Assembly: GCF_030028105.1 (NCBI RefSeq)
Contig: NC_092394.1
Coordinates: 30,920,752 to 30,984,751, forward strand
Reading direction: 5' to 3'
DNA: 64,000 nucleotides
Source of the DNA: Mobula birostris
Lineage: Eukaryota
Part shown: piece by piece, positions 35,900 to 48,870 of the stretch
Numbering within the stretch: position 1 is the stretch's first letter
Layout of the letters: each line of letters begins with the position of its first letter
Notes under the pieces: generated by a model
What the model saw: only the letters and a program-made list of their open reading frames with translations
The model's database searches: none
What the model was told of the DNA's origin: nothing
Made by a program: the position numbers and the translations under genes

Positions 35900-38800
35900 T
35901 CAGAATCAGAATCAGGTTTATTATCACCGGCATGTGATGTGAAATTTGCTAACTTAGCAGCAGCAGTTCAGTGCAATACATAATCTAGCAGAGAGAAAAC
36001 ATAATAATAAATAAACAAGTAAATCAATTACGTATATTGAATAGATTTTTTAAAAACCATCAAACCATAGAACACTACAGCAGAGAAAACAGGCTATTTG
36101 GCCCTTCTAGTCTATGCCGAAACTTTATTCCGCTGGTCCCATCGACCTGCACTCAGCCTATAACCCTCCAGACCTCTCCCATCCATGTATCTATCCAATT
36201 TATTCTTAAAACTTAAGAGTGAGCCCATATTTACCATGTCAGATGGCAGCTCGTTCCACACTCCCACCACTCTCTGAGTGAAGAAGTTCCCCCAAATGTT
36301 CCTCCTAAACCTTTCCCCTTTCACCCTAAAGCCATGTCCTCTCATATTTATCTCTCCTAATCTAAGTGGAAAGAGCCTACTTGCATTTACTCTGTCTGTA
36401 CCCCTCATAATTTTGTAAACCTCTATCAAATCTCCCCTCATTCTTCTACGCTCCAAAGAATAAAGTCCTAACCTGTTCAATTTTTCCCTGTAACTCAACT
36501 CCTGAAGACCCAGCAACATCCTAGTAAATCTTCTCTGCACTCTTTCAATCCTTCCTATAGTTAGGTGACTAGAACTGCACACAATACTCCAAATCTGGCC
36601 CCACCAATGTCTTATACAACCTCACCAAAACATCCCAACTCATATACTCAATACTTTGATTTATGATTACCAGGATGCCAAAAGCCTTCTTTATAATCCT
36701 GTCTACCTGTGACGCCACTTTCAGGGAATTATGTACCTGAACTCCCAGATTCCTTTGTTCCTCCACACTCCTCAGTGCCCTACCATTTACTGCGCATGTC
36801 CTACCTTGATTTGTCCTTCCAAAATGCAACACCTCACACTTGTCTGCATTAAATTCCATCTGCCATTTTCTGGCCCATTTTTCCAGTTGGTCCAGATCCC
36901 TCTGCAAGCTTTGAAAGCCTTCCTTGCTGTCCCCAATGCCTCCAATTTTAGTGTCATCAGCAAACTTGCTGATCCAATTTACCACATTATCATCTAGATC
37001 ATTAATATAGACAACAAACAACAATGGTCCCAGCACAGATCCCTGAGGCATACCACTAGTCACAGGCCTCCAGTCTGAGAAGCAATCCTCCACTAACACT
37101 TTCTGTCTTCTCCCACACAACAAATTTCGAATCCAGTTTACAACCTCTTCATTGATACCTAGTGTCTGAACCTTCTGGATTAACCTCCCATGCGGGACCT
37201 TGTCAAAGGCCTTACTAAAGTCCATGTAGACAACATCCACAGCCTTTCCTTCATCTACCTTCTTGGTAACCTCCTTGAAAAACTCTGCAAGATTCGTTAA
37301 ACACAATCTACCATGCACAACGCCATGCTGACTATGCTTAATCAGCCCTTGGCTGTCCAAATACTTGTATATCCAATCTCTCAGAACACCTTCCAATAGT
37401 TTACCTACTACTGACATCAGGCTCACCGGCCTGTAATTACCTGGTTTCCTTTTGGAGCCTTTTTTAAACATGGAACAACATGAGCTACCCTCCAATCCTC
37501 TGGCACCGCACCCGTGGCTAAGGACATTTTAAATATTTCTGCCAGGGCCCCTGCAATTTCTACACTATTCTCTCTCAAGGTCCGAGGGAATATCATGTCA
37601 GGCCTGGGGGATTTATCTACCTTTATTCACTGTAAGATAGCAAGCACCTCCTTCTCTTTAATCTCTGTATGTTCCATGATACTACTGCCTGTTTCCCTTC
37701 CTTCCATATACACTATGCCAGTTTCCTGAATAAATACCGATGCAAAAAAACTGTTTAAGATCTCCCCCCATCTTGTGAGGCTCCACACATAGATGACCAC
37801 TCTGATCTTCTAGGGGACGTGCAAAAACAGAAATACTGTATATTTTTTAAAAATACTTAAAAGATTCAACGTCCATTTAAGAATCGGATGGCAGAGGGGA
37901 AGAAGCTGTTCCTGAATCGCTGAGTGCGTGTCTTCAGGCTTCTGTACCTCCTACCTGATGGTAACAGTGAGAAAAGGGCACACCCTGGGTGCTGGAGGTC
38001 CTTATTAATGGACACTACCTTTCTGAGACACCGCTCCCTAAAGATGTCCTGGATACTTTGTAGGCTAGTATCCAAGATGGAGCTGACTAGATTTACAACC
38101 TTCTGCAGCCTCTTTCAGTCCTGTGCAGTAGCCCCTCCATACCCAACAGTGATGCAGCCTGTCAGAATGCTCTCCATGGTACATCTATAGAAGTTTTTAA
38201 ACAGATTTGTTGACATGCTAAATCCCTTCAAACTCCCAATGAAGTATAGCCGCTGTCTTGTCTTTATAACTACATCAATATGTTAGGACCAGGTTAGGTC
38301 CTCAGAGATCTTGACATCCAGGAACTTGAAGCTGCTCACTCTCTCCACTTCTGATCCCTCTATGAGGAATGGTATGTGTTCCTTCGTCTTAATCATCTCT
38401 TTTATCTTACTGATATTGAGTGCCAGGTTGTTACTGAGGCACCACTCCACTAGTTGGCATATCTCACTCCTGTACGCTCTCTTGTCACCACCTGATATTC
38501 TACCAACAATAGTTGTATCGTCAGCAAATTTATAGATGGTATTTATAGATAGAAATCATGGGTATATAGAGAGTAGAGCAGTGGGCTAAGCACACACCCC
38601 CGAGGTGCACCAGTGTTGATCGTCAGCAAGGGGGATATGTTATCACCAATATGCACAGATTGTGGTTTTCTGGATCCAATTGCAGAAGGAGGTACAGAGG
38701 CCCAGGTCCTACAACGTCTCGATCAGGATTGTGGGAATGATGGTATTAAAAGCTGAGCTATAGCTGATGAACAGCATCCTGATGTAGGTGTTTGAGTTGT

Positions 38801-39495
38801 CCAGGTGGTCTAAAGCCGTGTGAACAGCCATTGAGATTGAGATTGACCTGTGGTGGTGATAAGCAAATTGCAATGGGTCCAAGTCCTTGCTGAGGCAGGA
38901 GTTCAGTCTAGTCATGACCAACCTCTCAAAGCATTTCACCACTGTCGATGTGAGTGCTACCAGGCTATAGTCATTAAGGCAGCTCACATTATTCTTCTTA
39001 GGCACTGGTATAATTGTTGCCTTTTTGAAGAAAGTAGGAACTTCCACCCGTAGCAGTGGGAGGTTGAAAATGTCCTTGAATACTCCCGCTAGTTGGTTGG
39101 TACAGGTTTTCAGAGCCTTACCAGGTACTCCGTCGGGACCTTCTGCCTTGCGAGGGTTCACTCTCTTTAAAGACAGCCTAACATCAGCCTCTGAGACAGA
39201 GATCACAGGGTCATCAGGTGCAGCAGGGATCTTCACAGCTGTAGTTACATTCTCCCTTTCAAAGTGGACATAGAAAGCTTTGAGTTCATCTGGTAGTGAA
39301 GCATCACTGCCATTCATGCTATTGGGTTTTGCTTTGTAGGAAGAAAAGTCTTGCAAACCCTTCCAGAGTTGTCAAATATCCAATGTTGCCTCCAACATCA
39401 TCCGAAATTGTCCCTTCGCCCTTGAAATAGCCCTCTGCAGGTCATACCTGGTTTTCTGATACAGACCTGAGTTGCCAGACTTGAATGTCATAGAT
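35900..39495 (-). mobile_element. Rex1/Babar-like LINE (35900-36054 and 37817-39495)
   Basis: LPDELKAFYVHFE..KAEGPDGVPGKALK..VALTSTVVKCFERL (38709..39356); (TTCTGA)n tail. Confidence 0.93.
36055..37816 (-). mobile_element. CR1 LINE, 5'-truncated, RT largely intact
   Basis: 308-aa ORF NYRPVSL..YMDFSKAFDKVPH..PQGSVLGPLLF..ISKFADDTKI, plus C-terminal ORF 36112..36582; (TTCTATGG)-type tail. Confidence 0.96.
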
Positions 39496-39584
39496 CATGC
39501 TGTATCTCAACAAATAAATAAATAAGTAGATCAGAGCAGCTAGGATCACTCGTGTCACCTGCTTGAGGCTTTTGCCTCAATGAG

Positions 39585-40185
39585 TTGAATTGACTTTTTT
39601 ACCTGCACCCTTCATACACATGAGGAGTAAATATCTTGACATTACATCTCCGTCTAAATCTACAATGTGCAATTTATAGTGATCTATAATAGTATGTACA
39701 ACAGGATAGACAACATAACATAGAAATACAGTTGTGTCAGCATGAGTTAAGCAGTCTGATGGCCTGGTGGAAGAAGCTGTCCCGGAGCCTGTTGGTCCTG
39801 GCTTTTATGCTGAGGTATCATTTCTCAGATGATAGTAGCTGGAACAGTTTGTGGTTGGGGTGACTCGGGTCCCCAATGATCCTTTGGGCCCTTTTTACAC
39901 ACCTGTCTTTGTAAATGTCCTGATTAGTGGGAAGTTCACATCTACAGATGCGCTGGGCTGTTTGCACCACTCTCTGCAGAGTCCTGCGATTAAAGGAGGT
40001 ACAGTTCCCATACCAGGCAGTGAGGCAGCCAGTCAGGATGCTCCCAATTGTGCTCCTATAGAAAGTTCTTAGGATTTGGGAGCCCACACCAAACTTCATC
40101 ATCTGTCTGAGGTGAAAGAGGCACTGTTGTGCTTTTCTCACCACACAACCGGTATGTACAGATCACGTGAGGTCCTCGGTGATCT
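39585..40185 (-). mobile_element. Rex1/Babar-like LINE 3' fragment (different subfamily)
   Basis: KAQQCLFHLRQMMKFG..ILRTFYRSTIGSILTGCLTAWYG. Confidence 0.9.
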
Positions 40186-40378
40186 TCTAAGCAGGTGTTA
40201 GGTTCTGACTTCACTTCACCATGAACACAGAATTCTGGTTCTTCAAAACTGGACACCAACTAAATGGCAAAAGGCCCTTCCTTCGAGTGTTAGTCCTGGC
40301 CTGAACCCGGGTAGGGGCCCTATAAGAATCATATACCACAGCTTGCTTTAGATCGACACCATCCCTGCTTGGCAAAGG

Positions 40379-40775
40379 CTATGAAAATCTGGGCTTCCTT
40401 GTATGAGAGCAAAGATGCTTGTACTTGGTTGTGTTTTGTGAGTGAGAAAGTCCATAACAGATTGGGAATGAGATACAGTATATGGAGCAATTAAAATTAA
40501 TGGCACTGTTTTGTTTATAAAACATGGTTAAAATCAGCAAGTACAGGATTTGAGACATTATTTTTTCAAAGAGATGAAATATGTAACTTGCAATCATTGT
40601 GTTCAAATTTAAATGGTTGAACATTATCTGATAAATATCCTGAACAAACATTACTTCCTGGCATGATATTTCAAGCTTCCCTGTATTGTTTTCCCCGACT
40701 GAATCAACTAACATCTCTGTCTGATCATTCGTGGTGGCAAATACTGAGATCCTTCATATCTTAGACACATGATGT
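40379..40775 (-). pseudogene. Candidate degraded exon with RGS-like C-terminal motif
   Basis: Acceptor TTTCTCTTCTTCCTACATGAAAG; 111-aa ORF with VQDIYQIMF..HLFEKIMSQILYLL. Confidence 0.2.
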
Positions 40776-40944
40776 TCCTTTCATGTAGGAAGAAGAGAAA
40801 TATACAAGGACACATGCTTTTGTAACTAAGATAACAATCTTAGTTTCACCCAGTCACATGCCTGTGCAGCAACTGACCTGGGTCACTGAGATCAACCAAA
40901 GGTTCAAACTACCCACCACCATTGCAAGCAGAAAACCAGACAGG

Positions 40945-41725
40945 TGCACACACACACACACGCATTCACTCACACACAGACAGACACATACNNNNNNNNN
41001 NNNNNNNNNNNNNNNNNNNNNNNNNNNNNNNNNNNNNNNNNNNNNNNNNNNNNNNNNNNNNNNNNNNNNNNNNNNNNNNNNNNNNNNNNNNNNNNNNNNN
41101 NNNNNNNNNNNNNNNNNNNNNNNNNNNNNNNNNNNNNNNNNNNNNNNNNNNNNNNNNNNNNNNNNNNNNNNNNNNNNNNNNATCCTCTCACACACGCACA
41201 CACACGCACACACACACACATACAGACACACACACAGACGCACTTACACACACTCACACACACACAGACACATACATTCTAGCACACACATATCCACATT
41301 CACACACACTCACACTCACATGCCTTCACACACACACACACACACAGGGACAACCACACACAGAGACACACATACACACAGACACAGACACACACTCGCA
41401 CACACACAGNNNNNNNNNNNNNNNNNNNNNNNNNNNNNNNNNNNNNNNNNNNNNNNNNNNNNNNNNNNNNNNNNNNNNNNNNNNNNNNNNNNNNNNNNNN
41501 NNNNNNNNNNNNNNNNNNNNNNNNNNNNNNNNNNNNNNNNNNNNNNNNNNNNNNNNNNNNNNNNNNNNNNNNNNNNNNNNNNNNNNNNNNNNNNNNNNNN
41601 NNNNNNNNNNNNNNNNNNNNNNNNNNNNNNNNNNNNNNNNNNNNNNNNNNNNNNNNNNNNNNNNNNNNNNNNNNNNNNNNNNNNNNNNNACTTGCACACT
41701 CACACTCACAGTCACACTCACTCAC
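40945..41725. repeat. Imperfect (CA)n microsatellite with two assembly gaps (40992-41181, 41410-41689)
   Basis: Direct reading. Confidence 0.97.
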
Positions 41726-42069
41726 CCCTTTGTGTGCACTGTGGGCTCGCTATGTTGGATGCACGGTAATGCTTGTTAGGTTCTCCCAGTGCAACACTTG
41801 CTGATTTGATTTGATTCATATGACACACTACACTGTATGTTTCAATGTACATGTGAGAAATAAAGCTAATCTTTATCTTTTATATACATATTTCAACACT
41901 GGAGGGAAAAGAGCTTCCTGCTGTTGACTCTATCTGTGTCTCTCATACTCCTATGAGCCTCTGTCAATTCGCCCCTCAGCCTCTGCAGCTCCTGAGAAAA
42001 CAATCAAATTTTGTCCAACCTCTCCTTAAAGCACATGCCCTCTAATGACGGCAACATCCTGTTAAATAA

Positions 42070-42396
42070 AGATAAGATATAAAGTTTAGCTTTATTTGTC
42101 ACATGCACATCAAAACATACAGTGAAATGCATTGTTTTTGTGTCAAATCAAATCAGTGAGGGTTGTTCTAGGCAGCCTGCAAATATCACCACGTATCTGG
42201 CACCAACACAGCACACACACAGCTCAATAATCCTAGCCATTTGCCTTTAGAACGTGGGAAAAACCAGAAGAACCAGAGGAAACCCACTCAGACATGGGGA
42301 GAACGTACAGAATATTTACGTGCAGCGGTGGGAATTGATCCCCAATCACGGCAGCCGCTATAATAGTGTTACTCAACCGCTGTGCTATGGTGCCAC
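42070..42396 (-). mobile_element. V-SINE-like SINE
   Basis: Minus strand GTGGCACCATAGCACAGCGGTT..GATCAATTCCC..GTGGGTTTCCTC..AATAAAGCTAA. Confidence 0.75.
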
Positions 42397-42606
42397 ATAC
42401 TTGATATAATTCCTGGATGCTCGTTCACCTCTTTGCTGTCTCTATCTTTATTGGGTGAATTGTTACTTCCTTTCTCATTCGCAGGATTTGTGTGTCACTA
42501 CCTGGCTTGATATTTATTCTCTGTACTGGACTGGTCCTGAACAGATTGCCGTTTCAGAAGGACGTTAATGGCCAACGTCACGGCAGTGAATTTGGAGTCA
42601 CATACC

Positions 42607-43020
42607 TTCTCCTGTAGAGTCTCTGCTCTGGACCGTCGAGAAATCAAAAAGGCTGTCCCCTAGCTAAAGGAAAACAAAGCCCTGGAGCAAATATTGTCTC
42701 TGTTAAGATTGTTAACTCAGCAGTGAGAAGCTTCAGTCGAGAATCAACAGCTTTACTATCCAGCTGAGGGAAGAGGAGGATATGACAAGAGATATAGAAA
42801 TACCATTAATCATCATCATCTTCAAGAATGTAAACACAGAGGTGTTGCCAAATATCTTCTTCTTGACTCACGTTGTGGATTCCATCCACCCAGAGGAACA
42901 GTGGCATTGATCATCTGCAAGTGACAACCCAAGAAAAATGCAGGCACATGCAAAGATTCTGTAGATGGCGTTTACAGCACTTTTAAGAGGAACGGTGGCG
43001 AACCCTTCTCAAACTCAGAT
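42607..43020 (-). pseudogene. Candidate degraded exon
   Basis: Ends at a strong donor GAGAAG|GTATGT. Frame HLQNLCMCLHFS..*SMPLFLWVDG..IWQHLCVYILED with stops. A small acceptor-bounded exon (~42607-42660) is also possible. Confidence 0.2.
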
Positions 43021-43364
43021 GTCCTCAGAAGCTCATCTCGGTCTTATGTTTATGTCTCACGATGGTATGCAAGCAGGATCTATGAACAGCCTGAGGAAAT
43101 GTCTCCGGCCCCACAGTGGTTTCATCAGTCAGCCTGGCACAGGTAGAACTGACACGCAGGTTTAAGATGTTGCTGGTGAAGCACTGCGACTTGCTGGCAG
43201 CAAGCAGAATGCAAACTATTTTATCAATCACATTTTTTCTCGAAAACGATCACTGCAATCGATGGCCTGTAAACCTCCCTTTCGGAGTTGAGCTTTTGAA
43301 ACACCTGTCCGACCTGGCACTTTTGAAGTCTCGCAGGTGCAGGACTGTTCTGGCATAGCGTGTA

Positions 43365-43915
43365 CGGACCGAATTGAGGTAGTGGGACCCAGGCCCAGGA
43401 GCGGGAAATGAGCCAGTGGTTGGTCATTACCAGAATGGACTTAGAGGTGATCGAAAAGGCAAAATCGAGGCAAGGCAGAGTCGAGGCTGTGGAGCCCAGG
43501 CCCGAGAGCGAGGAACAAGCCAGTGCTTCACCTACTTAAGCACCAGGCCAGATTGAAACGGCCAGGGTGTTGGGGCCAGAGGAGAGGGATGGGCTGCCGA
43601 TCAGCTCACTGCTCATAAGATTTATTCATCTCTGTGCTGAACTGAGGTTGTGACCAGCAACCGATCGGCTCCTGGATCGGCTACAGTGAAGAACTGGCTT
43701 CGTGGCTGTCAACCCACTTTTGTGAACTTCAGTTCTGAATATTATTTGCTTTCTTTTACTGTTTGCACAATGTGGGTTTTTTTGCTGCACTTTGGATGTT
43801 TGATGGTCTTTTTTTAATGGGTTCTATTGGGTATCTTTGTTCTGTGGCAGCCTCTAAAGAGATGAATTTCAAGGCTGAATATACTTTGATAATAAATGTA
43901 CTTGGAACGTTGAAC
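43365..43915 (+). mobile_element. Unclassified non-autonomous element with Rex1-like tail
   Basis: GC-rich head with internal GGCCCAGGCCC-like repeats; 3' end ACTTTGATAATAAATGTACTTGGAAC. Confidence 0.55.
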
Positions 43916-44208
43916 ATGCAAAGGAGTCATCCTCGATCCCAAATGTTAAAGAGGACATGCAGCCAGAGAAACTAAGGACAACAAATTGCTATCACTAAAA
44001 GACTGTTGTGGACCAGATGATACAAAATTTTATTCCCAGATTTATTTTATTAATTGAATTTAACTTTCCTAGTTGCCATAGTGGATTCTAACTCAAAACT
44101 TCATGTCTCATAATCTCTACCACTTTGAGAGGAGATTGCTTCAGCCCCGCCCTATCTCCCTCCTTACCTAAGACCTGGCATTCCCCGCCTGACAACCAGA
44201 CACCTGCA

Positions 44209-45281
44209 TGATAAACCCTCCCTGTCCTATCCCATGATTGATCACCATTCCCTGTCCTATCCCATGTTTGATCAATCCTCCCTATCTTATGCTATACTTG
44301 ATCACCCCTCCCTGTCCTATCCCATGTGTGATCACCCTTCCCTGTCCTCTCCCATGTTTGATCACCCTCCCCTGTCCTATCCCATGTTTGATCACCCTTC
44401 CCTGTCCTATCCCATGTTTGATCACCCTTCCCTGTCCTCTCCCATGTTTGATCACCCTCCCCTGTCGTATCCCATGTTTGATCACCCTTCCCTGTCCTAT
44501 CCCATGTTTGATCACCCTTCTCTGTCCTATCCCATGTTTGATCACCCTTCCCTGTCCTATCCCATGTTTGATCACCCTTCCCTGTCCTATCCCATGTTTG
44601 ATCACCCTTTCCTGTCCTATCCCATGTTTGATCACCCTTCCCTATCCTATCCCATGTTTGATCACCCCTCTCTGTCCTATCCCATGTTTGATCACCCTTC
44701 CCTGTCCTATCCCATGTTTGATCACTCTTCCCTGTCCTATCCCATGTTTGATCACCCTTCCCTATCCTATCCCATGTTCGATCAACACTCCCTGTCCTAT
44801 CCCATGTTTGATCACCCTTCCCTGTCCTATCCCATGTTTGATCACCCTTCCCTATACTATCCCAAGTTTATTCACCCCTCCCTGTCCTGTCCCATGTGTG
44901 ATCACCCTTCCCTGTCCTATCCCATGTGTGATCACCCTTCCCTGTCCTATCCCATGTTTGATCACCCTTCCCTATCCTATCCCATGTTCGATCACCCCTC
45001 TCTGTCCTATCCCATGTTTGATCACCCTTCCCTGTCCTATCCCATGTGTAATCACTCTTCCCTGTCCTATCCCATGTTTGCTCACCCTTCCCTATCCTAT
45101 CCCATGTTTGATCACCCCTCCCTGTCCTATCCCATGATTGATCACCATTCCCTGTCCTATTCCATGTTTGATCACCCCTCCCTGTCCTATCCCATGTGTG
45201 ATCACCCTTCCCTGTCCTATCCCATGTGTGAACACCCTTCCCTATCCTATCCCATGGTTTATCACCTTTCCCTGTCCTATC
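44209..45281. repeat. 30-bp minisatellite, ~35 copies
   Basis: Consensus CCTGTCCTATCCCATGTTTGATCACCCTTC, in phase without indels from 44221 to 45281. Confidence 0.98.
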
Positions 45282-46389
45282 AATGTTATGGCTAGTCTTT
45301 CCTTCTGGAGCCCCAGTGCCCGACTGACTTGGCAATTATTGCCAGCATCCAGCGGCAAGGTAGGAATTCCCACCTCTCCATCTTTTCCTCCTCCTTTCAG
45401 GTGTTGCTCTTTGAGTTATTCTTTGGTGATATTTCCTCATGAGGCTTGGGGTCAATTTTATTTTGTAGGCAACGCTCTTGCGAAGCACCTTTGGGCATTT
45501 TTGCTATGATAACGCACCATTTATAAGTGGAAACGTTGTTCAGTCATCTGGGAGAATTATGTATAAAAATAGGACTCCATCACGTCACAGGAAGTCAAGA
45601 GGTCAGACAAGCTGTTTTGATGTAATCTGGAGGATGGACGATGAATCATCATGTCGATCGACCCTCTCCCTCGCTTTCAGCATCAAACTGTGATAGCATT
45701 TAGGAACAGGAAAGGAAACTTAAATAATGGTAGAATAAAATTTATTCTAGCTTTATTTCGCTGGGGACTTAAAGGCTTGCAGAATGAACACACCAATGAA
45801 TAGATTGTTCTAATTACTTGAATCCTTATTTTTTTTTCTCACAGTACGAATTATTTGAATTGGTGTTACTAATGGAATATACGCACATTTGGACCTTCCT
45901 GGAACCAGTTCGTCTTCGGTCAGCAATTCATATTTTGAATTGGCCCCATGGTGTAGATTCTGGCATGAGGACTGTGTTTTTTTTTTATTGTTTAAAACAA
46001 TTTAAAATGATGCAATTTAATCTTCCCACTTCAGTTCTAATCTGAAGTAAATCATATGCCAACTTTTTTATTGTCCTCTATTAGCATTGCGCTGCCAGGT
46101 TTGGTGGCTGAAATACTTGGGTGAAGTTGAACTGCAGGAGGGTGAACCTGCACTTTACTTATTATAGAGTGGAGACTGGAAAGTACAAAACAAAATGGAG
46201 GACTGTTAGATACAGTCAGCAAGTCAGGCCACACCTGTGGGGAGAGAGCCAGAGTTAATGTTTCAGGTCAAAGGCCCTTTGTCAGAACTAGTTTCCTGCA
46301 CTCAAAAGTCAGAAGTTCCCACTCGATTCTTACCTTCACATGGTCTACCTCAGATTCTTCCCTTCTCTCTCCAGATTGCTCTATCTCCA

Positions 46390-47111
46390 TGTAGCCCCCT
46401 GGTAGGCCTCTCGCTTTCATCTGGGGGGAGCAGCCTTCGGCCCCACCAGACTGGGTAATCAAGTTTGTGTGGATGCTGTGTGATGTACCCCACCACACCA
46501 AATAACAGACAATGCACCATATGCGATTAAATGATTACACTTTATAGATCTTACTGGAACTAAGTAATTAATAGAGATAAAATATAAAAGGAAAGTAAGA
46601 GGCGCCAAACTTATCAAAGTTCAACCACTTCGTGCACAACAGTTGGAGCTCAATTAACGGAGTCTTCTTTCCACCATTCGATCCCCTCTGACCCCCTCGA
46701 CCCGCCGCCTGGGACCAACCACAGTGGTTGACCAGACGCTCCACGCGAGTCTGTCTTCGTCGCCTCTCCTCGCCGAAGACCCTGGGCCTCGGACTCCCGC
46801 TCGGGGTCCATTCTGCCACCCAGCTTACAGCATTGCATCTCCTCTCTCTGTCCCCATTGCGCCTTCTGCCCCAAAACCCGCGAAACACAATAGCTTACCG
46901 ACTCACAAGATAGAATAACATCTATCCCAATTGGTTAGCAAATGAATACAATTCTCTTATCGGTAATTAAAACCCAAACAAGCTGCGAGAGAGAAGCACT
47001 TTCTCAGCAGTTAACATAACTAACATAACAAAGAAATCATTTTATTCTAATGTAACAAAGAAGACATTTTTATCAGCCTTAGCAGTAACATAAAAGAAGA
47101 AACCCTTTACA
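46390..47111. mobile_element. Solo LTR (722 bp) with 4-bp TSD
   Basis: TCCA|TGTAGCC...CCTTTACA|TCCA; CpG-rich interior suggests a young insertion. Confidence 0.82.
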
Positions 47112-47364
47112 TCCATTTTAGGCAACCACGAAGATCCAGTGCGAGCTCAGAAAGTACAGTATGAGTCTCGACTCTACACCTCCCACCCTGCCTCCTGTAG
47201 GAACTCCGTTCTGTTCTTCCCCAACCTGCACTTACTCCAGTGATAAGAACCAGGTCTCCCCAAAATCCCCCCAAACTGTGTGGCTTCTTTCTCTGCCAAA
47301 GGAGATAGCGACCTCGACCTCATCTCTTCCATTTCCTACAACTCTGTTCTCATCCTTCCTTTGT

Positions 47365-47700
47365 ACTTCCACCTACTGTATCTGCCACCGCCACCGCCGG
47401 CAGTGCATTCCACGCGCCCACCACTCCCTGTGTGAAAAACTTACCCCTGACATCCCCTCGGTACCTATTTCCAAGCACCTTAAAACCTTCCCCCCTCGTG
47501 CTAGCCACTTCAGCCCTGGGAAAAAGCCTCTGACTATCCACATGATCAACGCACCTCATCATCTTATACATTTCTATCAGGTCACCTCTCATCCTCCGTC
47601 GCTCCAAGGAGAAAAAGCCAAGTTTACTCAACCTATTCTCATAAGGTACGCCCTCCAATCCAGGCAACATCCTTGTAAATCTCATCTGCACTCTTTCTAC
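47365..47700 (-). mobile_element. CR1 ORF2 C-terminal fragment
   Basis: RFTRMLPGL..RRRMRGDLIEMYKMM..FFTQGVVGAWNALP. Confidence 0.9.
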
Positions 47701-48497
47701 AGTCTCACCTTACCAGAGCTATTTGCTTTGCCCCACACAGTGCAGCCTGCCTCTCTGTTACTTCTCTGCCCCAGACTCGACGAAGGTTCCCTGGAACCAG
47801 GATGACAATTGTTCCCAGCGCATGGACACAGCTTGACCTGCTGAATTTGTCCAGCTGTTTGCTTTTATCTTGCTCCAGATTCCAGCATCCGCGGTATCGT
47901 TTGTCTCCAGCAAAATGGTCCGTCTCATTTACTGGATGTGTGTACTGCTTTTACATAGAAACCCAGTCATGTCTCATAGTTATTTTTAAAAATATAATGG
48001 GAATTACAGAAGATAGGCGACATGATAAGGAGTCGCATTCAAAACACTTTTTTTATTCAAACGCCGTGCACTGGCAGTGATTCCAAACTTGACATCAGAT
48101 CTCTGCTTGTTTTTGTTCACGGAGAAATGAGAGAAATGCCACTGACCTCCTCAACGCAATCTCACGAGAGAATGGCTACCTAAACACTATTTTGGTTTGC
48201 ACGCTCAGTCAATAATTAGATTTGAACATCAGGGTGAAGATTACTATTGTTAATTTTAGTTATAACTGTTTCAGGAGTTTCCATCACCACCCCGGTTCAG
48301 TGGCTTCCTTTTCCACCACATCCAGCTCTGGAGTAGTTGTAAGGAAACCACTGAAAGAAAAGCACAGGAATTCCTTTTTCAATTCCCTTTTTCTGCACTG
48401 TTTATGTGTTTACTTTTATAATCTATGATAATAGATAATTTATAGAAACACCGCCATGTTCTCAGCCTCCAGTTCTACTCCCTATACATTCAGTAGG

Positions 48498-48803
48498 TTT
48501 CAAAGTTACATTTAATGTCAGAGAGATATATGCAATATACATCCTGAAATTCTTTTTCTTCACAACCATCCACAAGAACAGAGGAGTGCCCCAAAGAATG
48601 AATGACTGTTAAATGTTAGAACCTCAAAGCCCTCCCCAGCTCCCCCCACCCACACACAAGCAGCAGCAAAGTGACGACTCCCCCCAACAGCAAAAAGCAA
48701 CGGCACCCCTCACCGAGCACTCAAGCATGCAGCAAAGCATCAATAAAGACACAGACTTGCAGTACCCTGAAGACTACTCGCTCACCTGGTATTCGACATA
48801 CCA

Positions 48804-48834
<31 letters not shown>

Positions 48835-48870
48835 CCTAGTAAGGGAAAAAGAGGTATCCCCGTTTCACAT
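48498..48870 (-). mobile_element. 3' part of the non-coding element family also at 21617-22648
   Basis: Direct similarity to ~21845-22197, including an internal (CT)n. Confidence 0.85.

Larger units (their letters stand above)
35661..39525 (+). mobile_element. HE1/V-SINE split by LINE insertion (35661-35899 and 39496-39525)
   Basis: Head GGCGGCACAGTAGCGTAGTGGTTAGC and B-box GGTTCAAATCCC; ends GAAGGGCCTGTT and resumes CATGCTGTATCTC(AAAT)n, as in the intact copy at 4777-5070. Confidence 0.85.

Noticed and set aside
40854-41779. His/Thr- and Cys/Val-rich ORFs
   Set aside because: Translations of (CA)n microsatellite and N gaps.
44209-45281. CRISPR-like array
   Set aside because: Units are head-to-tail with no unique spacers, there are no cas genes, and the DNA is vertebrate.
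44234-45335. Long repetitive ORFs (353, 299, 155 aa) as proteins
   Set aside because: They follow automatically from a 30-bp unit with no stops in several frames; no splice or expression evidence.
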